64,000 nt of DNA from Elusimicrobiota bacterium (GTDB taxonomy: Bacteria; Elusimicrobiota; Elusimicrobia; UBA1565; UBA9628), in assembly GCA_023249645.1 (NCBI GenBank), contig JAHFCF010000014.1, positions 8,734-72,733 on the forward strand, read 5' to 3'. The translations under genes were made by a program, and so were the position numbers. The notes under the pieces were generated by a model. The model ran no database searches and had not been told where the DNA came from. It was given only the letters and a program-made list of their open reading frames with translations. Below, piece after piece: positions 1-9,077 of the stretch (position 1 is its first letter; every line of letters starts with the position of its first letter).

Positions 1-602
1 CGAGACAGCATGGGGCGATAGGAAAAACGTTCTTCCCCATAAATAGACCAGTCCGGAAACGGAAGGACATCGAGATTGTCCACCAGGCCCTTGACGGACA
101 CCACCCCCGCAAAATCCTCGATATCCGATTCCATGAGGATTTTTTCAGGCTCTCCGTTGATCACCCAATCGAAGTGCTGGCTGATCAGATCGGGAAACAC
201 GGTCGCCAGGGATCCCAGCGCGCCGAAACGCGTCGAGGGGAATTCGCGTCTTAAAAAATCGACGATCGCCAGTTCGCTGCGATAACCCACCAGGGCGGGG
301 TTGAAGACGATGATCCCCGGCTGAGGCGCGATCTGGGAGATGCGGGAGAGGATCCGGCCGTGGTCCGTTTGGGAAAAGACCCTCAGATATTGAACCCGAT
401 GTCCCTTGTTCTTGAGGATCGCCGCCGCATAGGGCAACACGATCGACGGCAAAACAACGGTTTGGCCTTTCAGCCATTCCAGGATTTTCGCGCGCCAGGA
501 ATGACCGATCATCGTGCGGGAGCCGAGCCCGCTGTTGACATCCTTGTTGACGACGCCGCCGTCGTTGTGGATCACGTCTAAGATCAGGATGTCGCTGGCC
601 AT
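1..602 (-). CDS. B12-binding-domain radical SAM protein, N-terminal part (3' end lies beyond the window start)
   Basis: My own translation of the minus strand from ATG 602..600 gives MASDILILDVIHNDGGVVNKDVNSGLGSRTMIGHSWRAKILEWLKGQTVVLPSIVLPYAAAILKNKGHRVQYL...VLPFPDWSIYGEERFSYRPMLS, open down to base 3. The pattern, including LPFPDW, is typical of the cobalamin-binding N-domain that precedes the CxxxCxxC core. The Cys motif itself lies outside the window. It is not in the ORF track because it has no stop inside the window. Confidence 0.55.
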   Translation of the reverse strand, partial: MASDILILDVIHNDGGVVNKDVNSGLGSRTMIGHSWRAKILEWLKGQTVVLPSIVLPYAAAILKNKGHRVQYLRVFSQTDHGRILSRISQIAPQPGIIVFNPALVGYRSELAIVDFLRREFPSTRFGALGSLATVFPDLISQHFDWVINGEPEKILMESDIEDFAGVVSVKGLVDNLDVLPFPDWSIYGEERFSYRPMLS

Positions 603-609
603 GGACCCC

Positions 610-1155
610 TCAGGCTTGGCCGAGGATCCAAGCCGCGGCCGCCGGGAGGTCCGCGCAAGTCCTGTGCGGCCGCGCGCGGTAACGGCCGTCCCTGCCTCCC
701 TTGCCCGTGCGAACCAGGATGGCCGTACAGCCGGCGCGGCGGCCGGTCAGAACATCCGTGGTGGAATCCCCCACGAAATAGCTCCGCTTCAAATCCAAGG
801 TAAAGCGCTGCTGGGCCTGGCGCAGCATGCCCAAAGCCGGCTTGCGGCACGAGCAGCCATCGCTCGGAAGATGGGGACAGACATAGAGCGCGTCGAGCTT
901 CGCCCCCCCTTGGGCTACAAATCTTCTCATCACGGCATGTATCCGCCGAAGGGACGTCAAGGTCAAATAACCGCGGCCAACGCCGGACTGATTGGTCACC
1001 ACCACGACCTTGAACCCCGCCTTTCTCAAGCGGGCGATGGCCCGCGCCGCCCCCGCAATGAGCTTGAGCTGGCTGGCACGGCGCAGGTAGTCGACTTCCT
1101 GGATGATGACCCCGTCGCGGTCGAGGAAAACGGCGCGGCGGGCTCTACCTTCCAC
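610..1155 (-). CDS. gmhB: D-glycero-D-manno-heptose 1,7-bisphosphate phosphatase (HAD, GmhB type)
   Basis: It has the HAD motif I VFLDRDGV, the VVVTNQSGVGRG motif, the Zn/Cys motif CPHLPSDGCSCRKP and the motif FVGDSTTD. I chose the GTG start at 1155 (cac on the plus strand at 1153-1155) because the ORF-track start 1251 would overlap gmhA by about 100 nt. Confidence 0.8.
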   Translation of the reverse strand: MEGRARRAVFLDRDGVIIQEVDYLRRASQLKLIAGAARAIARLRKAGFKVVVVTNQSGVGRGYLTLTSLRRIHAVMRRFVAQGGAKLDALYVCPHLPSDGCSCRKPALGMLRQAQQRFTLDLKRSYFVGDSTTDVLTGRRAGCTAILVRTGKGGRDGRYRARPHRTCADLPAAAAWILGQA

Positions 1156-1768
1156 GGCGCTGATGCAGAAAGAATGTGAGGATGTGGCTGATCGACAGAT
1201 GCAGATCCTCGACGACGCCGTAGTGCTCCGAGGGCACGATAACGGGGACATCGACGAGAGCCTTGAGCTTGCCCCCGTCGAAACCCAGAAGCGCCGCGGT
1301 CTTGGCCCTCTTTGCTCGAGCGAACATGGCGGCCTTGATGAGGTTGACCGAGTTGCCGCTGCCGCTGATGAAGATCACCACATCGCCCGGCTCCAGGAGA
1401 TTTTTCAGCTGCTGGACGAAGATGTCGTCGAAAGTGTGGTCGTTGGACATGGCCGTGATGAAGGCCGTGTTCTCGGAGAGCGAGAGACACTTCAAGGGGC
1501 GGTGGCCCGGCCGAGAAGCCGTCTTTGAGAAATCCACGGCGATGCTGGCCGCGGTGGCGGCGGAGCCCCCATTGCCCATGACGAAGACATGCCTGCCCCG
1601 GCGCTCGGCCTCGAGCAGGAGGTCCGCCAGGCGTGCCACGGCATCCAGATCCAAGGCCTCCCACTGGGCCACCTCCTGAGAGCGGTACCAGCGGGCAAAG
1701 CTCCGGAGGTCCTGGCCCCCGGGCCCCGCGGGACGGAAACGACCGGGCATCGTTCCTTTTATCTTCAT
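1145..1768 (-). CDS. gmhA: SIS-domain phosphoheptose isomerase
   Basis: It has the motifs VFVMGNGGSAATAASIAVDF and VVIFISGSGNSVNLIKA, the C-terminal VPSEHYGVVEDLHLSISH segment, the right size (207 aa) and sits directly upstream of gmhB. Confidence 0.75.
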   Translation of the reverse strand: MKIKGTMPGRFRPAGPGGQDLRSFARWYRSQEVAQWEALDLDAVARLADLLLEAERRGRHVFVMGNGGSAATAASIAVDFSKTASRPGHRPLKCLSLSENTAFITAMSNDHTFDDIFVQQLKNLLEPGDVVIFISGSGNSVNLIKAAMFARAKRAKTAALLGFDGGKLKALVDVPVIVPSEHYGVVEDLHLSISHILTFFLHQRRGR

Positions 1769-1798
1769 AGGTTTTTCTGTGAACAGAATAGCAAAAGC

Positions 1799-4366
1799 TC
1801 AGCGTCTCGAGGGGATGATCTCATACCCAGTGTACGGAACGGCTAAGACCGCGCCCGGCGGCGGCGGCGCAACGGCTTTCAGCCTCCCGGCCGCCTTCGC
1901 CTTCTGGTAAAGGACCGAGAGGTTGTTCTTGGCCTGCTGGAAATCGTGATTGAGGGTGAGGGCCCGCAGATAGGCTTGTTCCGATTCTTGCCAGCGGTCG
2001 AGCAGAAAATAGGCGTTGGCCAGATTGGTGTAAGCCTCGGCGGTCTCGTGCCGATGGACGAAGCGCCCCTCGGGAGCCGGGAGATAAGTTTGATAGGCCA
2101 GGATCGTGGTCCTGAGGAATTTCTTCTCCATCAGGCCGGGCTCCACGGCGCAGCGGGGAGCGGTGATGGACATCTCGTAGGTCCGCGCCGCCTTCTCGAA
2201 ATATCCCCGCGCCTCGGCCGCTCGGCCATGCTCCTGGGCGGCCTGCCCCCGCATCATGTAGATCTGCCCGATGCGGGTGTAGTTCGCCTCGAAGACGGGA
2301 TCGATCGCCTGGTACATGTAGAACCGCGTCAGGGCCTTCTCGAGGAAGGCGTCCGCCTCCTCGGGATGGCCGTGACTCAGGGCCCACTCCGCCCGGCGCA
2401 TGTGCAGGTTGCCGACCTGGTGATGCATCTGGACATAGTTCGGAGCCAGCTTCCGCACATATTCATAGGAGTCCAGGGCGCGTTCATAGTCGTCGCGCGG
2501 CTGACCGTCCGCGTCGCCCCAGCCCGGGTTGTACACCTTGTTCATGTCGAAGCGGTCATTGTAGACGTTGCCCATGAAATACATGGACATGGCGAAATTT
2601 GGATTGAGCTTCTTGACCTGAAGATAATGGGAGAGCGCCTCGTCCCATTTCCTCTCCTTGGAGAAATAAATGGCGACGTTGTGATGCACGTCCGCCTTGA
2701 AATAGCCCCAGAACTGATACAGCGGCCAGAGCATGGCCAAGATCGCCAGGGCCACGCCCGGCTTCGCCGAGAGCTGGACCAGCCGCGCCAGTATGCCCCC
2801 CAGGCAGACGACGCACCCGATGAAGACCGCCCAGGAGATCCACCACTGCAGGGACTCCCCTCCCACCAGAGGCATCGGCCCCTGGAGCGTTGAGAATTCC
2901 TTGAGCAGCAAGAAGGAGACATACCCCAGAGCGCCCCAGGCCGCCAACCGCGCCGGCCAGAGCAGGAACTCCGCCATCGGCCCCCAGGCCGAGACCCCCG
3001 GCACCGGCGCTGTCCCCTTGGCCTGCGACGCTTCGCGCAGATCGTGGAGCTCATAGAGGGCCTGGCCGCGGGCCAGGTTGACGATCATCCCGGAGAGGAG
3101 CCCGAGATAGACGCCCGAAGACACGAAACGCAGACTCACATCGAAGAAATTGTGCCCGAGCATGCCCATGAAGGCGATCATGTATCCCACCAAGTCGTAG
3201 GCGCGCGGCGGCGCGCGACCGTCCTTGGTCGAGCCCAGCGCGATGAGCTGCCCCAGGGAGCGGAACCCAACGACCAGGGTGCTGAGCACCAGCCAGATGA
3301 AGACCCCGAAGCCGAGGATCCCGTTGTCCATCAGCTCCTCGAGGTATTCGTCCTCGGCGTGGTCGGTCTCGGTGTTGTGCTTGCCCTCGATATGGAAGAT
3401 GGGAGGCCGGCGGAAGGCGGGATAGACCGGCGGGAAACTTCCGATGCCCGTCCCCAGGAAGGGCTGGGTCCTGATCATCTCCCAGGTCGCCTCCCAGGTG
3501 AAGAGCCTGAAATTGATGGACACGAGGCGTCCCTGCAGGTCCTTGGCCACATAACCGACGAAGCCCAGAACGCCGGCCACCGCGACGCCCAGCACGAAGC
3601 GCCGCGCCGGCGCCACCAGGGTCTTGAAATAGACGAGGGCGACGGCCCCCAGCATGAAGATGACCAGAGCGAAGCCCAGCCACGCGCCCTTGGTCCCTGT
3701 CGCGATCAGGTCCACGAGGAGCATCCCCATCAGCGGCAGAAGGCTCCAGCGCCGGGTCTTGACGTACTGCGTCAGCAGGATGGGGAAGATGATGACGAGG
3801 AAATCCGCGAAGAAGTTGGGGTTGCCGTAGGTGGAGAAGATGCGCTCGCCGAAAGCCCCGCGCCAGACGAAGGGGTCGATGCCCAGGCCCACCCCGTGGG
3901 GGAACCACCGCGTGTCCGCCCACTGCACGAAGCCATAGCCCACGGCGATCCAAGCCGTGACAATGAGGATCTTGGTCAGACGCTCGGCGGCCTCGGCATC
4001 GAACTCATAGATGACGATGAGCGCCGCGGTCATGAAGAAGAAATGCCTGAGGAAGAAATCCACGCTGGCCATGTGGTAAGGGGCATGCCAGAACGAGAGG
4101 ATGCCCACCAGGAGATACGCCAAGAAAGGGGAGAGGCAGACGAGGTCGGCCTTATTGAAGGCGACGCGCCCGGCCTCGAGCAGACGCGCCACCCAGAGGG
4201 CCAAGAGAACGACGCCTCCCATCTGCATGATGGTGATCTTGACTTGAGCGGAATCGTAAGTGCGCAGATAGAACAGGGAGGAGATCAGACAGTAAAGGAT
4301 GGGCAGCCACCAGACCAGAGCCCGGTGGGCGAAATCCTCAGCCCCGGCGGCCTTGCGTTCAACCAT
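1799..4366 (-). CDS. O-antigen-ligase-like (Wzy_C) polytopic membrane protein with a C-terminal TPR domain
   Basis: The 855-aa protein has about 10 TM segments in the N-terminal 550 aa, with a TGTKGAWLGF segment and a GTGIGSFPPVY...HNTETDHAEDEYLEELMDNG loop of the Wzy_C type. The C-terminal 300 aa are repeated Y/A/L-rich TPR-like units (ALSHYLQVKKLNPNF, ALDSYEYVRKLAPNY, AEAYTNLANAYF). Confidence 0.7.
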   Translation of the reverse strand: MVERKAAGAEDFAHRALVWWLPILYCLISSLFYLRTYDSAQVKITIMQMGGVVLLALWVARLLEAGRVAFNKADLVCLSPFLAYLLVGILSFWHAPYHMASVDFFLRHFFFMTAALIVIYEFDAEAAERLTKILIVTAWIAVGYGFVQWADTRWFPHGVGLGIDPFVWRGAFGERIFSTYGNPNFFADFLVIIFPILLTQYVKTRRWSLLPLMGMLLVDLIATGTKGAWLGFALVIFMLGAVALVYFKTLVAPARRFVLGVAVAGVLGFVGYVAKDLQGRLVSINFRLFTWEATWEMIRTQPFLGTGIGSFPPVYPAFRRPPIFHIEGKHNTETDHAEDEYLEELMDNGILGFGVFIWLVLSTLVVGFRSLGQLIALGSTKDGRAPPRAYDLVGYMIAFMGMLGHNFFDVSLRFVSSGVYLGLLSGMIVNLARGQALYELHDLREASQAKGTAPVPGVSAWGPMAEFLLWPARLAAWGALGYVSFLLLKEFSTLQGPMPLVGGESLQWWISWAVFIGCVVCLGGILARLVQLSAKPGVALAILAMLWPLYQFWGYFKADVHHNVAIYFSKERKWDEALSHYLQVKKLNPNFAMSMYFMGNVYNDRFDMNKVYNPGWGDADGQPRDDYERALDSYEYVRKLAPNYVQMHHQVGNLHMRRAEWALSHGHPEEADAFLEKALTRFYMYQAIDPVFEANYTRIGQIYMMRGQAAQEHGRAAEARGYFEKAARTYEMSITAPRCAVEPGLMEKKFLRTTILAYQTYLPAPEGRFVHRHETAEAYTNLANAYFLLDRWQESEQAYLRALTLNHDFQQAKNNLSVLYQKAKAAGRLKAVAPPPPGAVLAVPYTGYEIIPSRR

Positions 4367-5564
4367 GAACGGCTATTCTATATTTTTCCGGCATCCAGTG
4401 GTCTAGAGCATGGGCGGCATAGAGGATCACGATCGGCATCAGCGGCAGGCGGTAGCGGATGATCGCCCAGAACAGCATATAGACCACGGTCACCGATAAG
4501 AGCGTCGCATTGAAAATATCCGTTTCCGGATACCGGCGGCCGGCCCAGAACAACCCGAGAAGCCCCAGGGGGATGATCCAGCCATCCGAGAGAAGGCTGA
4601 GCCAGAAGATCAGCCGATAATCATGCGCATAGGGACGCGGGTAGGGATAGAGCCGCCACATCTTCAGGCCGCTGCCCAGGAACGTGCCCGCCGAGGCGAA
4701 CGGATGGCGGACCAGGAAGTCCGCGGCCGCCCGGTAGAAGAATCGGTCCCGCTCCGCTTCCGGAAGACGGGACGCCTGCAGCATGACGGGGTCGCTCTTG
4801 TCGATCACCAACTCTTCCGGGGTCCCGGCCACATCATTGGGGATCAAGAGCCCGACGTAGAGATGGGCCCCGCTGCCGCTCATCCCCGTGCCCCAGCGGC
4901 CGAAGACGTGGTGGTTGCGCAGCGGCCAGAGCGCGTAGATCCCGAGGAAAACGGCCAGAAAGAGGCCCGCCCCGCGGCGCTGGCCCCTCCACCAGACGGC
5001 TCCCGCCGCGGCTAGTCCCGCCGGCAAAAAAACAGAATTGGTCAAAGGGCACAGAGCCCAGACAGCCGCGGCCGAGACGAAACGCCCTGCTGAGGGCGCC
5101 CGGCAGGCGCGGATGAGGAGCCAGAGACCGCCGGTCAGCAGGAAGGTCTGAAAGGTCTCTCGTTCCAGAGTGCCGGCGTAGAAAATGAACTGCGGATAGA
5201 GCGCGGCGATGGCCGTGGCGATCCACGCAGTCGGACGTCCGAAGACAGCGGCCCCGATGAGGAAGATCAGGATGAGGGTCGCCGCCCCCAAGAGGCAGTT
5301 GAGCGCCTGCGCGGCCCGGTAGCTGGGGCCGGTGATATGATAGAGCCCGGCCAAAAGCAGAGGATAGCCCGGCTCCCGCACGGCCGTCGGGTGTCCGGAG
5401 GGATCCGACAGACGACCATATTGAAGCAGGCTCTCGGCCAGGGTCTCGTAGCAGTTGATGTCCGGGATGCTGCCCCCCGGTCCCCATTGCGGGAAGCGCC
5501 AGGCGTAGGCCGCCCGCAGGGAGAGCCCCACAAGAAGAAGGAGGATCAATCGGCTAATCTTCAT
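4359..5564 (-). CDS. GT-C fold glycosyltransferase, family 39 / ArnT-PMT_2-like
   Basis: Starting from MKISRLILLLLVGLSLRAAYAW it is polytopic (about 9 TM), with GYPLLLAGLY and a periplasmic C-terminal tail. I set the start to ATG 5564 (the M at residue 49 of the track ORF), which overlaps the upstream stop by 11 nt. Confidence 0.6.
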   Translation of the reverse strand: MKISRLILLLLVGLSLRAAYAWRFPQWGPGGSIPDINCYETLAESLLQYGRLSDPSGHPTAVREPGYPLLLAGLYHITGPSYRAAQALNCLLGAATLILIFLIGAAVFGRPTAWIATAIAALYPQFIFYAGTLERETFQTFLLTGGLWLLIRACRAPSAGRFVSAAAVWALCPLTNSVFLPAGLAAAGAVWWRGQRRGAGLFLAVFLGIYALWPLRNHHVFGRWGTGMSGSGAHLYVGLLIPNDVAGTPEELVIDKSDPVMLQASRLPEAERDRFFYRAAADFLVRHPFASAGTFLGSGLKMWRLYPYPRPYAHDYRLIFWLSLLSDGWIIPLGLLGLFWAGRRYPETDIFNATLLSVTVVYMLFWAIIRYRLPLMPIVILYAAHALDHWMPEKYRIAVHG

Positions 5565-7314
5565 GGCGCAGGCGATAGATCGCAATGAGGGGATTGGCCG
5601 TCGTCGAAGTCTCATCGATGCGCACCCACGGGACCAGGTAGGCGCGTTCAAAGAGAACCACCGAGGCATAGCGCGAGAGGTTGGGCTCCAGGAGCGGCCG
5701 GTCATCATAGTCCGGCGCGACCACGGCCAGGAACTCGGGCAGCTGGGCCGCGGGCAGGTTGCCGAAGAGTCTGGGCTCGATGAATCTCATCGCGTAACGG
5801 TCATAGCGGAAATAAGGGGCGTTGGAAGGCTGCGGCAGGCGCAGCAGGCCGATGGAGGAGCCGGCGGGGACATGCGATTCGATCCACTCCCCTGAGCGGA
5901 CATGCGTGGACAACGGCGTCGCGTCGATATGGAAGTTGTAGGAATAGGTCACCCCCTGCAGGGCCAGGTTGGCCAGGACCAGGATGAGCCCCCCCGCCAG
6001 CCACGGGCGCGCACGGGAGTCGCGCTGGATCAGCATGACCGCCACATGAGAGGCGAGCAGCGCTCCGACCCCCAACCAGACCAGGCCATACCGGACCTGC
6101 CTGGTCGTGACGACATTGCCCATGAGACTGGTGGCCGCCAGCCCGAAGACGAAGGCGCACAGGCACAGGAGCAGAGCGGGCTCGCGCCGGCCCCGCCGCA
6201 AGGCCCAGAGCGCGCCGGCCAGCATCAGAACCAGCACGGGACTGGTCACGGAATGGCGCAGAGGATTCCAGAGGAATAGAAATGGATGCGTGAAGTCCAC
6301 GGTCGAGAAGCCCCGCAAGACGTTCATCTCCGCCAGAACCTCATGGGATGCGAGGAGCCAATAAGGGTTCGTAAGGAAAAAAGCGCCGATGCTGCACACG
6401 GCCGCCACGGCCAGACCACGCGCCTGCGGACCGGTGGCCCCCCGGCCGCAGGCCAGGCGCAGGACGCAGGCCGCTGCCACGATCAAGCAGACAGGCCATC
6501 CTTGGAGGAAGGCGCCGACCGTCAGCCCGGAGACGGCTCCGGCCGCGGCATAGTTCCACAGCCCCCCCTTTTCCAGGATGTCCGCGCTCAAGTCCAAAGT
6601 CAAAAGCGCCAGAAAAGACCAGACCGTATGGTTCTTGAGCACATGCGCCTGGATGATGGCCGCGGGGCACAGCGCAAACATAAGGCCCGCCAGCGCCCCG
6701 GTCCGCCAGCCCAGATGACGCCGACCGATGCGCAGCAGCATCAGCACGCAGCCCACGAAGGCCAAGACCGACAAGAGCCGGCCTGCGAGATAGAGGGATG
6801 CCATCTTCGCCGGGGCCTGCAGGTAGGGCAAGAGAGAGGAGTGCAGGGATATCCTCCCGACCTCGGCAGCCAGCGCCAGCCAAGCGCCCAAGACATAGAG
6901 GTGCGCTCCGCCATAGGTGAAGAAGTGCGGATTCAATTGCAGACGCCCAGGGCGCATGCGCGAGAGGGCGAGCAGATAGCTCTGCTCGTCTTCATGGGCC
7001 GACCTGACATGGAAGGAGCGGATGGAGTTCACCAGCAAGGCAGGCGCCGCCGTCCAGCCAGGCTCGACACTCTGGATTCCCGTGAAGGAGGCGCCGGCAT
7101 CGGGGTTCAGCATCAGGTTGGATCCCAGGCGCTGATGCATCTGCGTCCAGGAATCCGACAGTTCCTGAAGCGAGGCCTGCGTCTCGAAGCCGGGAGCAAG
7201 GATGCGGGCGAGGCGCTCCTGACTCGGCAGGCCCCAACGGATCCCCCAAAGCCCCAGCGCGAGGGCGCACGCCGCCAAGAGGAACCGCACCATCCTCGGC
7301 TCTTGTTCACGCAT
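5554..7314 (-). CDS. Large GT-C fold membrane glycosyltransferase (ArnT/PMT-like)
   Basis: The 586-aa polytopic protein carries, in its first extracytoplasmic loop, AHEDEQSYLLALSRM, which resembles the DE..Y....EM acidic motif of ArnT/PMT enzymes. An alternative start is the M at residue 8. Confidence 0.5.
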   Translation of the reverse strand: MREQEPRMVRFLLAACALALGLWGIRWGLPSQERLARILAPGFETQASLQELSDSWTQMHQRLGSNLMLNPDAGASFTGIQSVEPGWTAAPALLVNSIRSFHVRSAHEDEQSYLLALSRMRPGRLQLNPHFFTYGGAHLYVLGAWLALAAEVGRISLHSSLLPYLQAPAKMASLYLAGRLLSVLAFVGCVLMLLRIGRRHLGWRTGALAGLMFALCPAAIIQAHVLKNHTVWSFLALLTLDLSADILEKGGLWNYAAAGAVSGLTVGAFLQGWPVCLIVAAACVLRLACGRGATGPQARGLAVAAVCSIGAFFLTNPYWLLASHEVLAEMNVLRGFSTVDFTHPFLFLWNPLRHSVTSPVLVLMLAGALWALRRGRREPALLLCLCAFVFGLAATSLMGNVVTTRQVRYGLVWLGVGALLASHVAVMLIQRDSRARPWLAGGLILVLANLALQGVTYSYNFHIDATPLSTHVRSGEWIESHVPAGSSIGLLRLPQPSNAPYFRYDRYAMRFIEPRLFGNLPAAQLPEFLAVVAPDYDDRPLLEPNLSRYASVVLFERAYLVPWVRIDETSTTANPLIAIYRLRHED

Positions 7315-8017
7315 GGGCGTCTGGGCCCTTGCGCCCCACCATCAGGATAGACATACCGATCGGAGGACCGATCCATCTTTCCAGGCGGTCCAGCCAGGGC
7401 ACCAGGCGGTCGAACAGACGCACCTGCCCGACAGGCGGGTACTTGCGGCGCAGAAGGGCGCCGTTGACGAACCAGCCGAGGATGCCCGTCATATTGAAGG
7501 AATGCGCGTGCTCCACCGAGAACCCGGCCGCCTCGAGCTTCGCTTGGAGACCCGCGCGATCATAGCGCCGGAAATGTCCCCCGTAGCGATCCAGCTTATT
7601 GAAAAGCCACGGGCAGTCCGGGACGATGAGCACGACCCGCCCCCCCGGCTCCAGGAGGGCATGGAAATTCCGCAGGGCCGCAACGTCCTCCTCGATATGT
7701 TCCAGGACGTTCATGCAGAGCACCGTGTCGAATCTCCGGTCTCCCAGAAGCGGCGCCAAAGAAGCGCTCGCATCGGCCTGGAAGATCTCCAGGCGCTCGC
7801 GTCCCTGATAGCGGCGGCGAGCCAGGGCAAGGAATTCCTCCACCAGCTCGATGCCCACCACCCGCTCGCAGCGCTGAAGCAACCGCTCGGTGAATTGCCC
7901 CATGCCCATACCCACTTCCAGGACCCGCCGGCCCAGGAAGGGCTCCACGCGGCTGAAGATCAGGTCGTTGAAATGAGGGGCCTCGGAAAGCGTCTGGAGA
8001 TGGACCAGCTCGGTCAT
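7307..8017 (-). CDS. Class I SAM-dependent methyltransferase
   Basis: It has the motif I VLEVGMGMGQFT and the motif II FDTVLCMNVLEHI, followed by LEPGGRVVLIVP. The ATG at 8017 forms an ATGA overlap with the stop of the upstream GT2. Confidence 0.75.
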   Translation of the reverse strand: MTELVHLQTLSEAPHFNDLIFSRVEPFLGRRVLEVGMGMGQFTERLLQRCERVVGIELVEEFLALARRRYQGRERLEIFQADASASLAPLLGDRRFDTVLCMNVLEHIEEDVAALRNFHALLEPGGRVVLIVPDCPWLFNKLDRYGGHFRRYDRAGLQAKLEAAGFSVEHAHSFNMTGILGWFVNGALLRRKYPPVGQVRLFDRLVPWLDRLERWIGPPIGMSILMVGRKGPDAHA

Positions 8018-8697
8018 CGCTCCCACCAGAGCTGGATCATCGTGATGACATAGCTCAGAGAGAACGTCAGCAGCTTGGCCTTGGACCTGCCGTGGCCTCG
8101 GGGGATATAGTGATAGGGGATCTCCAGGATGCGCCGGCCTCCGCCGTGAAGCCGCACGATCAACTCCGCGACCACGTCATAGTAGCGCGCCGAGCAATGG
8201 ATCCCTCGCAGGGCCTCGGCCCGGTAAAGCCTAAAGCCCCCGGAGATGTCCGTCAAGGGGACTGACAGGAATCGGGCATAGGTCCAGTTGAGCAGGCGGC
8301 TCATGAGCCGGCGCAGCCAGGGGCGCCCGTCCTCGCCTCCCGGCAGATAACGGGAACCCATGACCACGTCGTAGTCGTTGCGCCGGCGCCAGAACTCGTG
8401 GAAGATCTCGAGAGGATGGGAGGAATCCGCATCCACGCAGAGGATGAAGCGGCCCTGGGCCGCTGCCAGACCCTGCAGGTAGGCGTTCGCATAGCCGGGC
8501 TTATCCTGCAGGATCACGCGGGCTCCGGCCTCTCGCGCCACCTCCAGCGTCCCGTCCGTGGATCCCCCGTCGACGATCAGAAGCTCGAAGCGTTCCGCCT
8601 GGGGCGAGAGGAGGGGCTCGACTCTCCGCAGAAAATTCTTCAGCGACTCGACTTCGTTGAGGGTGAGGGTCAGGACTGTCAGTTCCGGCGGAGTCAT
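8014..8697 (-). CDS. GT2 glycosyltransferase, polyprenol-phosphate sugar synthase type (DPM1/ArnC/GtrB-like)
   Basis: It has LTVLTLTLNEVESL, LLIVDGGSTDGT and CVDADSSHP (the DxD region), a size of about 227 aa and no TM tail. An ATGA overlap joins it to the upstream gene. Confidence 0.7.
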   Translation of the reverse strand: MTPPELTVLTLTLNEVESLKNFLRRVEPLLSPQAERFELLIVDGGSTDGTLEVAREAGARVILQDKPGYANAYLQGLAAAQGRFILCVDADSSHPLEIFHEFWRRRNDYDVVMGSRYLPGGEDGRPWLRRLMSRLLNWTYARFLSVPLTDISGGFRLYRAEALRGIHCSARYYDVVAELIVRLHGGGRRILEIPYHYIPRGHGRSKAKLLTFSLSYVITMIQLWWER

Positions 8698-9071
8698 GCA
8701 GCCAGGGGGCGGACCAGGCGGAAGGTATCCGCCTCGTAATTGCGGCCGTGACGCGGTCCATGAGAGATGGCGAGAAAGGTCGAGGCCCTCAAGGAAACGA
8801 TGGCGTGCGCCTCTCCCGGCGGGCTCATCGCGAGATCCCCCGGGCCCAGGATGGCCGAACGAACCTTGCCTGTCCCTTTGCGGGAGAGATAGCGCACCCG
8901 GCCGCTGAGCACATACAGATACTGGGTCGTCTTCTTGTGGGAGTGATTGCCGCGCACCACGCCCTTCTTGGAGATGATCAGGGTGATGGCGTCGAGCGCC
9001 ACGCCGTCAAGGATGTCGCGGATGCTCCCGCGCGCGTCCTTAAAAGAGATCTGCGTCCTCACCATTTTCAT
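8694..9071 (-). CDS. Cupin-fold NDP-sugar 3,4-ketoisomerase-like protein (FdtA/WxcM C-terminal type)
   Basis: The 125-aa protein has FKDARGSI....VRGNHSHKKTTQYLYVLSGRV...PPGEAHA, which is a His-containing cupin signature. Confidence 0.55.
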   Translation of the reverse strand: MKMVRTQISFKDARGSIRDILDGVALDAITLIISKKGVVRGNHSHKKTTQYLYVLSGRVRYLSRKGTGKVRSAILGPGDLAMSPPGEAHAIVSLRASTFLAISHGPRHGRNYEADTFRLVRPLAA

Positions 9072-9077
9072 CGGAGT

